A stretch of 64,000 nucleotides of DNA from Nitrospirota bacterium (GTDB lineage: Bacteria; Nitrospirota; Thermodesulfovibrionia; Thermodesulfovibrionales; Dissulfurispiraceae), in assembly GCA_037441185.1 (NCBI GenBank), contig JBBISP010000005.1, positions 5,889-69,888 on the forward strand, read 5' to 3'. A program made the translations under genes and the position numbers. Shown piece by piece: positions 51,388 through 60,989 of the stretch (within the stretch, counting starts at the first letter, position 1; every line of letters begins with the position of its first letter). The notes below the pieces were generated by a model that did no database searches, was not told where the DNA came from, and saw nothing but the letters and a program-made list of their open reading frames with translations.

Positions 51388-53025
51388 TTATACAAAGATG
51401 CTGATATTATTGTCTGATACAAATGACCTTTGGGGGCGGCTATCCATTACTTTTATAACCCTCTGTTCGTCTTTATTAAATTGGCAATTTTGCTGCTCCC
51501 TCCTTTCTTTTAATGCAACAGAAAAGCTTCCGATATTTATACCCTCTTTAATAAGAGAATCTATTATATTGTGTATATTTTTCTCTATTATTTCCTTTCC
51601 GACATGTTCAAAGGCTGTTATTCTGGCTTTAACAGCATCTTTGTCAAGGGAAAGCTTTATATCGAGTCTTCCTATTTCTTCAGGCTCTACAGATACCTCT
51701 ACTGATGTTGCATCTTTGCTTGTTATATGAAATCTATTGCCTGACATGTCAGCAATGCGTCTGGCAACTGCTGCAATTTCAGATGCGGCAGGGTTGTTTT
51801 TATTTTGAGAATGCTCGCTAAACATATGGCTAAAACCATCCTCAGCCGTTGTATTTACAGCATTATTAAATCTATCTTTACCATGACTAATAAAATCACC
51901 TGCCTTCTGATTTTCATCTGAAAATATTTCTTCACCCTCCTCATTGCCCGCTCCTGTCAAAGGATAGAGATTATTTAGCTCTTTGTCCCCTTGTAAAAGA
52001 GCATTTTGCCTCTCTCTTTTTTCACCTTGCGGGAGAGAGTAAGGGTAAAGGGTATCTTCATTATCATTTGTGCTGCCATAAAGCATATGTGTTTCATATC
52101 CTTTGCGCAGATTAGTGGATTCATCTGGAGTTTTATTGGTTCCTGATATATTGCTTGCCGCAATCTCTGAGTCGTTGACAACAAAAGTATCAGGCATATG
52201 GGATTTTGTTAAGTCTTTCATTATTGATTCAGGCATGACTTTTAACATCTCTTTTGCATTAATTTCTTGAGTCCCTTTAACAGAATAATTCTTTGCCATC
52301 CCTTCTACGCTGCTTTTAATCTCTGTTTGCGGATCATCAGTCTGCACTGTTTGCCTTACTGCAATGCCTCTGAAATCCATCGTATTAGGCGTATAGGATT
52401 TATGACTAAAACTATCATCAGCCGCTTTATTAGAAGCATAATTAAATCCATCTTTACCATGACTAATAAAATCATCTGCCTTCTGATTTTCATCCGAAAA
52501 TACCACTAATTTGTCATTCCCGTGCAAACGGGAATCCAAAGTGTCAGTTGTCTGGATTCCTGCTTCTGCAAGAATGACATTTTCATCTCCTTTTGTGAGC
52601 CAAAGGCTAATGTGAATGTGTGTTTCATCTAAAAATCCACTTTTGGACTGCAGGGACGGCCGTCCTACTTGTAGGTCAGCCGTCTCATCTGATGGATTTT
52701 CATTGTTATTTGTGCTGTCATAGAGGCTGATATTGCATGTGTTTATTTGCTGCATATGGCATGATTTATTTAGCGTACTGGTTAATAACAGGCTGAGTTC
52801 AAGATTATTGCAATCTAGAGTTATATCATTTTTTTTAGATTTGGAATCAGGGATTGAGAGTTGTTCTGTTTCTGAATGACATGGCAGATAATTCATAAAA
52901 CTTCTATTGCCAAGGGGCATTTCATTAATATCGAATTGCGAATTTGAGAACATTGCTATTTTATCGCTATTCGGAATATCTAATATTATGGACATATCCA
53001 TACAAGATTCCTTATCAATAATCAT
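51388..53025 (-). CDS. fliK: Hook-length control protein FliK
   Basis: Low-complexity N-terminal ruler region and a C-terminal Flg_hook-type domain (VEVSVEPEEIGRLDIKLSLDKDAVKARITAFEHVGKEII...GINIGSFSV). Position between the ylxF-like gene and flgD. The start is uncertain (ATG at 53025 or 53001). Confidence 0.8.
   Translation of the reverse strand: MIIDKESCMDMSIILDIPNSDKIAMFSNSQFDINEMPLGNRSFMNYLPCHSETEQLSIPDSKSKKNDITLDCNNLELSLLLTSTLNKSCHMQQINTCNISLYDSTNNNENPSDETADLQVGRPSLQSKSGFLDETHIHISLWLTKGDENVILAEAGIQTTDTLDSRLHGNDKLVVFSDENQKADDFISHGKDGFNYASNKAADDSFSHKSYTPNTMDFRGIAVRQTVQTDDPQTEIKSSVEGMAKNYSVKGTQEINAKEMLKVMPESIMKDLTKSHMPDTFVVNDSEIAASNISGTNKTPDESTNLRKGYETHMLYGSTNDNEDTLYPYSLPQGEKRERQNALLQGDKELNNLYPLTGAGNEEGEEIFSDENQKAGDFISHGKDRFNNAVNTTAEDGFSHMFSEHSQNKNNPAASEIAAVARRIADMSGNRFHITSKDATSVEVSVEPEEIGRLDIKLSLDKDAVKARITAFEHVGKEIIEKNIHNIIDSLIKEGINIGSFSVALKERREQQNCQFNKDEQRVIKVMDSRPQRSFVSDNNISIFV
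51825..51926. repeat. Copy B of a 102-nt in-frame direct repeat inside fliK
   Basis: About a dozen mismatches to 52401..52502 in my manual alignment. Encodes FSDENQKAGDFISHGKDRFNNAVNTTAEDGFSH. Confidence 0.85.
52401..52502. repeat. Copy A of the 102-nt in-frame direct repeat inside fliK
   Basis: Encodes FSDENQKADDFISHGKDGFNYASNKAADDSFSH, 576 nt (192 codons) from copy B. Confidence 0.85.
52512..52579. repeat. Two inverted REP-like palindromic units embedded in frame in fliK
   Basis: TGTCATTCCCGTGCAAACGGGAATCCA (8-bp stem, GCAA loop) at 52512..52538, and a degenerate inverted copy TGGATTCCTGCTTCTGCAAGAATGACA at 52553..52579. Translated as AEAGIQ...LDSRLHGNDK. Confidence 0.8.
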
Positions 53026-53092
53026 GCCATGACAAAATGGCTAAAAATAGGCATTAGACATAAGGATCTGGATTAAAAGATATGGAAAGTTT

Positions 53093-53578
53093 TTATCTTG
53101 CAGGAATTTTTTTCACAGGATTGGCCATGCTTTCTGTCATAGAAGCAGCCTTTTTAGGATCCATGGCTGCAAGCACAGCAGCAGCCTTTTTATTTTTCAT
53201 GCCAAGTATAACCTTTTTCGCTGTCGATTCATCCAGCGCTGAAAGCCGCAATGCTGCCTCTTCTGCAGGCATTGCTTCATATATCTTTATAAGATGCGCT
53301 ATTCTCTCATTCTTTATAGCCTCTATTTTGTTAATCGCATGTTCGATTTCTTTCAGAAGGCTCTCGTATTTATTAATCCTTTCATCCACATCCTTCCTCA
53401 GTGCATTAAGCCTTTCCTCTTCTATTTTCATTGCCTCTTCTTTTTCTGCAAGTTCAATATTTTTCTTTTTGATATAGCCTATAATGTCTTCCTGACAATA
53501 TGCAGGAAAGCAAGATAAAAACAAGACCATTAAACATATGACACTTATAAAAAAAATATTTTTTCTACGATCTGTCAT
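53093..53578 (-). CDS. MotE/YlxF-like flagellar protein (MgtE-N-type helical domain) with a signal/anchor sequence
   Basis: Coiled coil followed by IKIYEAMPAEEAALRLSALDESTAKKVILGMKNKKAAAVLAAMDPKKAA. Conserved position after fliJ. Confidence 0.55.
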   Translation of the reverse strand: MTDRRKNIFFISVICLMVLFLSCFPAYCQEDIIGYIKKKNIELAEKEEAMKIEEERLNALRKDVDERINKYESLLKEIEHAINKIEAIKNERIAHLIKIYEAMPAEEAALRLSALDESTAKKVILGMKNKKAAAVLAAMDPKKAASMTESMANPVKKIPAR

Positions 53579-54018
53579 TCCTCTCTTTGCCTCCTTAAAG
53601 CAAACAAAGAATCTATCTCTTTTTGTTCTGCCGCTGCATTTTCAATTTTGTCCTTCTGGAGAATCTTTTCTTTCATTTTTTCAAAGACCTTTTTCTCCTT
53701 ATATGCCTCAACTAAGGCGTCCTGTTTATTATTCATCTCTGAAACATTCATGGCTATTGTCATCTTCTGGTCACCAATATTTTTATGTATCTGCGAAAAA
53801 TAGTTGTAGAAGAGTCCCAGCTCATAAATATTTACAGACTTTCCTTCATGTCTTTTATCAAATGCTGTAAAAACTTCAGAAAATGTATTTTCAAGGGAAT
53901 CAAGCCTTTCCTGCTCCATTTTTATAACATCTCTGATCCTTTTCACTTGAAGTTCAAGGTCTTCCTTTTCTTGTTCCTTAATCTGAAAAAGCTTTGATAG
54001 GGTTTTGAGTTTAGTCAT
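53575..54018 (-). CDS. fliJ: Flagellar export protein FliJ
   Basis: 147-aa coiled-coil protein directly after fliI, with C-terminal KEKILQKDKIENAAAEQKEIDSLF. Preferred start is the ATG at 54018. Confidence 0.8.
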   Translation of the reverse strand: MTKLKTLSKLFQIKEQEKEDLELQVKRIRDVIKMEQERLDSLENTFSEVFTAFDKRHEGKSVNIYELGLFYNYFSQIHKNIGDQKMTIAMNVSEMNNKQDALVEAYKEKKVFEKMKEKILQKDKIENAAAEQKEIDSLFALRRQREE

Positions 54019-55336
54019 TCTCCATCTTCTCCAACAAACAATACAGTCCATGTACGCTGTCAGCACAATCCATCCTGTCGTTCATGCCCTGCCTCATATA
54101 TGACTTAATCTTGTCAATCATTTTTATAGAATAATCGACCTTTGGGTTTGAACCGTTTTTATATGCGCCTATTGTTATCATATCCTCATACTTTTTGTAT
54201 GTAGCAAGTATCTCTATAAACTTTCCAGCATATTCTTTGTGCTTCTGATCTATTATATCAGGCATTACTCTGCTCACAGAGCGAAGCACATCAATTGCAG
54301 GATAATGGTTTTCCATCGCAAGCTCTCTTGACAGGACAATATGGCCGTCAAGTATTGACATTGCTGCATCAGCAACCGGATCAGAGAGGTCATCTCCTTC
54401 AACAAGCACTGTATAAAGCCCTGTTATGCTGCCATCCTTTTCTGATGTTCCAATCCTTTCAAGGACTTTAGAAAGCATAGCAAAGACAGACGGAGTATAA
54501 CCTTTAGATGTCGGAGGTTCACCAATAGCAAGTCCGATTTCTCGCTGCGCCATGGCAACCCTTGTTAATGAATCCATAAGCAAAAGAACATCTTCACCCT
54601 GATCTCTGAAATATTCTGCAATAGCTGTAGCAGCAAAGGCAGCCCTTAGTTTCACAAGCGGCGGCTGTTCTGATGTGGAGACAATAACAACTGATCTCTT
54701 CATGCCTTCTTCACCGAGATCCCTCTCTAAAAATTCCTTTACCTCCCTGCCTCTTTCGCCTATCAGGGCAATAACATTAATCCCTGCTCCTGTATATTTT
54801 GAAATCATACCGAGCATAACGCTCTTGCCAACTCCAGTCCCTGCCATAATTCCAATCCTCTGCCCCTTGCCGCATGTGAGCAGTCCATTTATCGCCCTTA
54901 TTCCAAGATCTAAAGGCTCTTTAATTCTCTGCCTATTCAGAGGATTTGAAGAAGATGCAAATAAAGGATAAGATATTCCGCTTATATGTCCACGGCCATC
55001 AATAGGATTTCCAGAGCCATCAATAACCCTGCCAACAATATCTCTACTAACCTTTATAGAAAGCTTTTTCCCGAGGGGATAAACCTTGCTGCCGAGTGTA
55101 ACTTGAGACAATTCACCAATAGCCATAAGCAAAACCATCCCACTCTTAAAACCGACGACCTCTGCATCAACCGTCTGCTCACTTTCTGTGAAAACCTTGC
55201 ATGCCTCACCAATGCTGACTTTTAACCCTGTGGCCTTTAAAAGTATGCCTGTAATTTCGACTATCCTTCCATAAACCCTCAGAGGTTCGGATTTCTCAGC
55301 CATTTGAATATATTTTGACAGGTCAATGGATGTCAC
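54011..55336 (-). CDS. fliI: Flagellum-specific ATPase FliI
   Basis: Walker A GAGVGKS-like MAGTGVGKSVMLG, Walker B VLLLMDSLTR, and F1-ATPase-like architecture. Confidence 0.96.
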   Translation of the reverse strand: MTSIDLSKYIQMAEKSEPLRVYGRIVEITGILLKATGLKVSIGEACKVFTESEQTVDAEVVGFKSGMVLLMAIGELSQVTLGSKVYPLGKKLSIKVSRDIVGRVIDGSGNPIDGRGHISGISYPLFASSSNPLNRQRIKEPLDLGIRAINGLLTCGKGQRIGIMAGTGVGKSVMLGMISKYTGAGINVIALIGERGREVKEFLERDLGEEGMKRSVVIVSTSEQPPLVKLRAAFAATAIAEYFRDQGEDVLLLMDSLTRVAMAQREIGLAIGEPPTSKGYTPSVFAMLSKVLERIGTSEKDGSITGLYTVLVEGDDLSDPVADAAMSILDGHIVLSRELAMENHYPAIDVLRSVSRVMPDIIDQKHKEYAGKFIEILATYKKYEDMITIGAYKNGSNPKVDYSIKMIDKIKSYMRQGMNDRMDCADSVHGLYCLLEKMEND

Positions 55337-55961
55337 TATCTTTCCTTATATCTTCAATTATATTTTTTATCTGAGCATCTATGTCTGTTATGACCTCTTG
55401 CACAGGCCCTATTACAACAGGAGCTGATGCAGAAGGGTCAACATCAAAAACTATGTCAGGATGAATATCTATGAGATCAGGTTTTACCTTTAATAAGATT
55501 GCATAGGTTGCCGGATTTAGTCTAATAGTTATAGTGCCTGTTCTTTGGATCCTCTTCATAGCCTCTTTCACTATCGCAACAATCGCGTCAGGATTCATGG
55601 ACAACTCTTCAACCACTATCCTTTTTGCTATAGCGACAGCGAGATCAAAAATCTGGGGTTCGAGGTCCCTTAAAGTCTTTTCCTTCATGTTTGCAATATC
55701 AGTGACAAGACTCTCAAGCTTATCCAATAAGATAGATGCCTTTCTCTCTCCCATATCAAGGCCTGCCTTTTCGCCAACGATAAAACCCTTTTCATAGGCT
55801 TCCCTTTCTATGGATTCGATCTTTTGATATGTTGTCTCTGGCTGTTCACATTCATGCTCTAAAGGTATTTCTTCTTCCTCCTTTAAATCTACGCTCTCAA
55901 AATATGGCATATAATAAGGCGCTGTGCTTTTTACCTTTATAATTTTCGCGCTATACAACAA
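55323..55961 (-). CDS. fliH: Flagellar export protein FliH
   Basis: Acidic N-terminus, then EREAYEKGFIVGEKAGLDMGERK and a C-terminal FliH domain. Lies between fliG and fliI. Confidence 0.85.
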   Translation of the reverse strand: MLYSAKIIKVKSTAPYYMPYFESVDLKEEEEIPLEHECEQPETTYQKIESIEREAYEKGFIVGEKAGLDMGERKASILLDKLESLVTDIANMKEKTLRDLEPQIFDLAVAIAKRIVVEELSMNPDAIVAIVKEAMKRIQRTGTITIRLNPATYAILLKVKPDLIDIHPDIVFDVDPSASAPVVIGPVQEVITDIDAQIKNIIEDIRKDSDIH

Positions 55962-56934
55962 GCTCCTCGCCTCCTTTCCCTGAAAGGACTATCCTGCCTT
56001 CTTCTTCCAATTTTCTTGCAACATTAACAATGCTCTGCTGAGCCCTTACAACATCAGAGACCCTAACAGGGCCTCTGACTTCCATTTCTTCTTTTAGTAT
56101 TTCAGCAGCTCTCTGAGACATATTCCTGAATATCTTCTCCTTAAGTTCTTCGGAAGCTGTTTTTAAGGCAAGTGCAAACTCATCCGTACTTATCTCTTTA
56201 AGTATAGCCTGGATGCCTCTGTCATCAATGGTAACAAGATCATCAAAAGTGAACATTAATTGCCTTATGGAATCTGCTAAAGAATTGTCATGTTCCTCAA
56301 TTTTTCCGAGCAGAAGTTGTTCTGTGTTCTTATTAGAGCGGTTCAAAATTTCGGCTATTGTTTTTATGCCTCCTATCTTTCTCTCTTTGCCCTTATTTCC
56401 TTGCAGGTGGCCTTTTAGCACCTCCTCGATTTCTTCAATAGCATTTTCAGGTATCTTTTCTATAGAGGCTATCCTCAAAGCTACATCAAATTTTATATTA
56501 TCGGGGAGAATCGAAAGAATCTCTCCAGCCTGTGCATGCTCAAGCAGCGATAGGATAAGTGCTATGGTTTGAGGATGTTCAGTAATAAGAAAATTAGTAA
56601 GGGTCTTTGAATCAATATATTTAAGGGACCCCAATGTATTGCTTCTGGAAACCCTTCCCAATATTCTATTTGCTGTATCTTCTCCCAATCCTTTGCAAAG
56701 TATATTTTTGATGAATGCCTCGCCTCCAACAGATATGTCTTCCCCAGATGCAATTCCACAAACCTCTCTGAAGACAGGTATCATATCTTCTTTGCTCACT
56801 ACTTTAAATTTACTCATATAATTGCTTATCTCGCTAACTTGCTTGATATCAAGATTTTTTAATATCTCGGCTGCCATATCTTCCCCAATGGCGCTTAGAA
56901 ATATTGCAGCCTTGTCATATCCGCTCAATGCCAT
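55951..56934 (-). CDS. fliG: Rotor/switch protein FliG
   Basis: GYDKAAIFLSAIGEDMAAEILKNL, MFTFDDL, and the torque helix region EEMEVRGPVRVSDVVRAQQSIVNVARKLEEEG. Confidence 0.95.
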   Translation of the reverse strand: MALSGYDKAAIFLSAIGEDMAAEILKNLDIKQVSEISNYMSKFKVVSKEDMIPVFREVCGIASGEDISVGGEAFIKNILCKGLGEDTANRILGRVSRSNTLGSLKYIDSKTLTNFLITEHPQTIALILSLLEHAQAGEILSILPDNIKFDVALRIASIEKIPENAIEEIEEVLKGHLQGNKGKERKIGGIKTIAEILNRSNKNTEQLLLGKIEEHDNSLADSIRQLMFTFDDLVTIDDRGIQAILKEISTDEFALALKTASEELKEKIFRNMSQRAAEILKEEMEVRGPVRVSDVVRAQQSIVNVARKLEEEGRIVLSGKGGEELVV

Positions 56935-56935
56935 T

Positions 56936-58483
56936 TTATTTCTCCTCTATCCAGGTCTTTATCATATCTGCTGCTTGATTCGGATTCTTTTTAGCCCACT
57001 CAATGAGCCTATTCCTCGAAAAATCGATCTTTTCATGTTCATTCAACTCACCCTGAATTTGAACCTGAGAAGAATTTGTTTCGGGTTCAGGCACAGGTTG
57101 AAGAGCCGTAGAAGCTGCTAATGTTCTCACTAAAGGCCTTAAGACAAAAATAAAAAACAGCATCATCGCCAATAGCGGTGTAAAATATTTGGCAATTTTC
57201 ATTATAGCAGGCAGATAATCCTTTATCCCTTCCTGCATCTCCTCTATAGGTTCATTCTCAAAAGGAATGTTTGTAACCTTGACTTCATCGCCCCTGTCAG
57301 ATGTATATCCAATAGCATTCTTTACCAGATCCTCATAATATTTTATCTCCTCTGCCGAACGAGACGTGTATTTCTTCTCTTTTGAACCTGACTGGGCAGT
57401 ATATGTGCCGTCCACAATTACTGCAGCAGAAAGCCTCTTTATTTCGCCTGATGGACTTATCACATGACTCGTCACCTTGTTGATCTCATAGTTTATTGTC
57501 TCATTCTTTTTTTCTGACTGTCCTTGCGTGGAAATAATTTGAGATGATTTGCCTGGGACATTAGAAGCAACACCAGGAACACCTCCTGTGCCAACTGGCG
57601 CGGATTTTTCTGTATTCTTCTGCTCGCTCCTTATTACCTGACTATCAGGGTCAAACCTTTCTTCGGTCTTTTCTATCCTTGAAAAGTCAATATTTGCAGA
57701 TATCTTCACCTTGACCTTGCCTTTGCCAGCAACAGGCTCGAGCATATCCATGACCTTTGCCTCAAGCGCTTTCTCGTATTTATGCTGATATTCAAGCTGA
57801 GAGCTGCTCAGGCCTATGATATCGTCTGCTTTCTGAGTCAACAGTTCACCGCTGTCATCTATTATGCTCACATTCTTTGGATTCAAACCCTCCACACTGC
57901 TGGATACTAAATGGACTATGCCTTGAACCTGGCCCTGGCTTAATGTTCTGCCTTTTGTAAGCTTTACAAGTACCGATGCGGTAGGGACCTCTCTTTCACG
58001 AACAAAAAGTGATTTCTGCGGCATCACAAGATGCACCCGGCATTGTTCTATCTCGGATAGGGACATTATTGTCCTTGCAAGCTCCCCCTGAAGCGCTCTC
58101 GTATAATTCAATTTCTGGACAAAGTCGGTTGTCCCGAAGTCTGTCTTGTCAAAGAGTTCAAATCCCACGCCTCCTCCCTGTGGGAGTCCATGCGATGCAA
58201 GTTGAAGCCTTATGTCATAGACCTTGTCAGCCGGTACAGAAATGCTGTTTGAATCAGCCCGATATGGCACCTTCATCTCCTTCAGCCTCTGCACAATCTG
58301 ACCGCCGTCGCTCTGAGAAACATTAGAATAAAGGACATGATAATTCTCCTTCTGCGACCATGAAATAATAAGCACTACAATAGCTATGGACATCGCCACT
58401 ACTGAAAAAAGAGCAGTCTTTTTCTTTGTTGGCCATGCATTAACAGCGCTGACTATATTTTTAAAAGTAGCTGAAATGCCCAT
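56936..58483 (-). CDS. fliF: MS-ring protein FliF
   Basis: 515 aa with N- and C-terminal TM segments. Contains VPYRADSNSISVPADKVYDIRLQLASHGLP and ELARTIMSLSEIEQCRVHLVMP. Confidence 0.95.
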   Translation of the reverse strand: MGISATFKNIVSAVNAWPTKKKTALFSVVAMSIAIVVLIISWSQKENYHVLYSNVSQSDGGQIVQRLKEMKVPYRADSNSISVPADKVYDIRLQLASHGLPQGGGVGFELFDKTDFGTTDFVQKLNYTRALQGELARTIMSLSEIEQCRVHLVMPQKSLFVREREVPTASVLVKLTKGRTLSQGQVQGIVHLVSSSVEGLNPKNVSIIDDSGELLTQKADDIIGLSSSQLEYQHKYEKALEAKVMDMLEPVAGKGKVKVKISANIDFSRIEKTEERFDPDSQVIRSEQKNTEKSAPVGTGGVPGVASNVPGKSSQIISTQGQSEKKNETINYEINKVTSHVISPSGEIKRLSAAVIVDGTYTAQSGSKEKKYTSRSAEEIKYYEDLVKNAIGYTSDRGDEVKVTNIPFENEPIEEMQEGIKDYLPAIMKIAKYFTPLLAMMLFFIFVLRPLVRTLAASTALQPVPEPETNSSQVQIQGELNEHEKIDFSRNRLIEWAKKNPNQAADMIKTWIEEK

Positions 58484-58773
58484 TATACCTGCATCCTCAT
58501 TACTTCTTCATAAGCATTAAGGAGTCTGTTTCTAACCTCTACCATCACCTGAAAAGACATTTCTGCCTTTTCCATAGCTATGATTGCAGTAGATATATCG
58601 CCTCCCGAAGCAAACTCTTTCACTGCGTTTTCAGTTTCTGCCTCTATTTGAGACAATTTTCCGATTACATCATGCATTATCTCATCAAAACCTGCTTTAG
58701 AAACATTATTGCCATTTTTAATGCCCTGCAAAAGTCCCTGGTTTTTTAGTCCATCAATCCTGACTTCAGACAT
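58483..58773 (-). CDS. fliE: Basal body protein FliE
   Basis: C-terminal AIIAMEKAEMSFQVMVEVRNRLLNAYEEVMRMQV. TAATG junctions on both sides. Confidence 0.9.
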   Translation of the reverse strand: MSEVRIDGLKNQGLLQGIKNGNNVSKAGFDEIMHDVIGKLSQIEAETENAVKEFASGGDISTAIIAMEKAEMSFQVMVEVRNRLLNAYEEVMRMQV

Positions 58774-59189
58774 TATACCCTCCCAATCTCAAGGCTTTTC
58801 ATAAACATGGATTTCGACAAATTAAAAGCTGACACAGATGCCTCATATGCCCTGAATGCAGTCATCATGTTAACCATCTCTTCAATGATATTCACATTAG
58901 GCATCTCTACATAGCCCTCATTGTCTGCGTCAGGATTGCCAGGATCGTAAATCTTTTTCAGTGGAGTATTGTCAGTTATGATGTTATCGATCCTTACGCC
59001 CTGAAGTTCTACAGGATTAGACTCCATATTCATGGGAGAAAAGACCACATCCTTTCTCCGATACGGGCCTCCTTCTTCTGTCCTTGTAGAGTTGACATTA
59101 GCCATATTAGAGGCTATTATATTCATCCTCCGCCTCTGGGATTCAATGGCCGATGCGCTCACTTTAAATACATTAAAATATGACTTCAT
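58773..59189 (-). CDS. flgC: Proximal rod protein FlgC
   Basis: FKVSASAIESQRRRMNIIASNMANVNSTRTEEGGPYRRK and MTAFRAYEASV. Confidence 0.93.
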   Translation of the reverse strand: MKSYFNVFKVSASAIESQRRRMNIIASNMANVNSTRTEEGGPYRRKDVVFSPMNMESNPVELQGVRIDNIITDNTPLKKIYDPGNPDADNEGYVEMPNVNIIEEMVNMMTAFRAYEASVSAFNLSKSMFMKSLEIGRV

Positions 59190-59191
59190 AC

Positions 59192-59557
59192 TTACCTCCT
59201 TAATGCTTCTTTAAGCATTCTAAATTTCATAGAAAGCATGGTTGTGCCTCCCATAAACATCATGGAGTTCTCTGTCACCTTTGCCACCTCCATATCAAGC
59301 TCCACATTATTGCTGTCGCCCCACGATGGCAAAGCCTCTATTTTTAATTCCTCCAGATTACTGCTGCTGCTGTTTTTTATATGCTTCTTGTCAGTTGCTT
59401 TTAATTCATGCTTCTCTGCATCAAGAATATAATTAAAATCCAGATCCCTTGTCTTATATCCAGGGGTGTCAGCATTGGCGATATTAGATGCAAGTACGCC
59501 ATGCCTTTTAGTAGTAAAATGTATAATCCTCTCTAATGTTTTTATATCATCACTCAT
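59192..59557 (-). CDS. flgB: Proximal rod protein FlgB
   Basis: HGVLASNIANADTPGYKTRDLDF. Preferred start is the ATG at 59557, with GGAGG 5 nt upstream. Confidence 0.9.
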   Translation of the reverse strand: MSDDIKTLERIIHFTTKRHGVLASNIANADTPGYKTRDLDFNYILDAEKHELKATDKKHIKNSSSSNLEELKIEALPSWGDSNNVELDMEVAKVTENSMMFMGGTTMLSMKFRMLKEALRR

Positions 59558-59575
59558 GTTGTCCTCCATAAAAGC

Positions 59576-59592
59576 TATCAATTAGCATGCCA
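59576..59592 (-). promoter_or_regulatory. Weak candidate sigma-54-type promoter upstream of flgB
   Basis: The minus strand reads TGGCATGCTAATTTGAT. It has a good -24 element, a TTGAT -12-like element as at fliL, and a spacing 1 nt too long. Confidence 0.35.
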
Positions 59593-59699
59593 GCCTAAGG
59601 ATGACCATAAATTATAAGAGCCGGATGCCTGTCGAGAATGAAGCGGAAATACTTTGTCTTTCACCATAAACACATTGCTAATATGAAAAAATTTACACA

Positions 59700-60989
59700 T
59701 TAGGAAAATTTTTCTCCATATTCGTTAAGCTTGTTTCTTATCGTCCTTGCGCTGACACCCAATATTTTTGCTGCCTTTGTCTTATTCCCATCCACATCTT
59801 TTAGCGTCTGCAATATAAGCTCCTTTTCCATGTCCCTTATGCTTCCATTTACATTTATATAGCCGCCTGAGTCCATTTCATCAAACATAAGGTCACTTAT
59901 GCTTATTGCCCTCCCTGAACAGATGAATACCGCCCTTTGCATTACATTTTCGAGTTCCCTTACATTGCCGCGCCACTGCTTTTTCTTTAGAAAATCCATT
60001 GATTCATCATCAAACCCCTCTATCTCCTTTCCATAAAGGGCAGAAAACTTTTCTAAAAAATGGCTGCAAAGTAAGGTTATATCCTCAGGCCTGTCCCTCA
60101 AAGGCGGCATTTTTATAGGGAATACATTAAGCCTGTAATAGAGGTCTTCCCTAAATCTTCCTTCAACGCATTCCTTGTGCAGGTCTCTATTTGTAGTCGC
60201 TATTACCCTGACATCAATAGGTATTGGATTCTTTCCGCCGATCCTGTCTATCTCCCTTTCCTGCAAAACCCTGAGAAGTTTTGCCTGAAGAACCATGGAC
60301 ATTTCTCCTATCTCATCAAGGAGTATAGTTCCACCATTTGAGAGTTCAAATTTTCCTTTTCTTCTATCAACAGCGCCTGTAAATGCCCCCTTCTCATAGC
60401 CAAAGAGTTCGGATTCAAGCAGGTTATCGGGTATAGCAGCACAATTCACAGCAACAAATGGATTGTCACTCCTCTTGCTTATCCTGTGTATATATCTGGC
60501 AATAAGTTCTTTTCCTGTTCCGCTTTCACCACATATAAGCACTGTTATATCACTCTTTGCAAGATTTCCTGCAAGGCTGACTATCTTCTTCATCTCGGAA
60601 TTTGTTGTGAGCATCTCTTTACCGCTTGAAGCCTTCTTTATAATGGAGTCTATAGCGCCCTTAAGAGCTTCAAAAGAAAATGGTTTCAATAGATAATCTG
60701 CTGCCCCTTTTTTCATTGTCTCTACAGCATTTTCTACAGTTCCAAACCCCGTTATTACAAGGACAGGCATATTAGCTGTATGTCGCCTGACCTCTTTTAA
60801 GAGCGATAAGCCGTCCATCTTCGGCATCTTCATATCTGTTACCAATAGCGAATAGCATGCCATGGAGAGATGATTGACAGCCTCATACCCATTTTCACAT
60901 ACAACTGTTGCATAACCGAGCCTCTGTATTGCCTCATTAAGGGCTGATCTCATCTCTGAGTCGTCATCAACAATAAGGATTGGCTTCAT
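59700..60989 (-). CDS. Sigma-54-dependent response regulator (REC-AAA+-Fis HTH), FlrC/FleR/FlgR-like
   Basis: [11 protein letters not shown]...[11 protein letters not shown], Walker A GESGTGKE, the sigma-54 contact loop GAFTGA, and a C-terminal [19 protein letters not shown]. Preferred start is the ATG at 60989. Confidence 0.9.
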   Translation of the reverse strand: MKPILIVDDDSEMRSALNEAIQRLGYATVVCENGYEAVNHLSMACYSLLVTDMKMPKMDGLSLLKEVRRHTANMPVLVITGFGTVENAVETMKKGAADYLLKPFSFEALKGAIDSIIKKASSGKEMLTTNSEMKKIVSLAGNLAKSDITVLICGESGTGKELIARYIHRISKRSDNPFVAVNCAAIPDNLLESELFGYEKGAFTGAVDRRKGKFELSNGGTILLDEIGEMSMVLQAKLLRVLQEREIDRIGGKNPIPIDVRVIATTNRDLHKECVEGRFREDLYYRLNVFPIKMPPLRDRPEDITLLCSHFLEKFSALYGKEIEGFDDESMDFLKKKQWRGNVRELENVMQRAVFICSGRAISISDLMFDEMDSGGYINVNGSIRDMEKELILQTLKDVDGNKTKAAKILGVSARTIRNKLNEYGEKFS

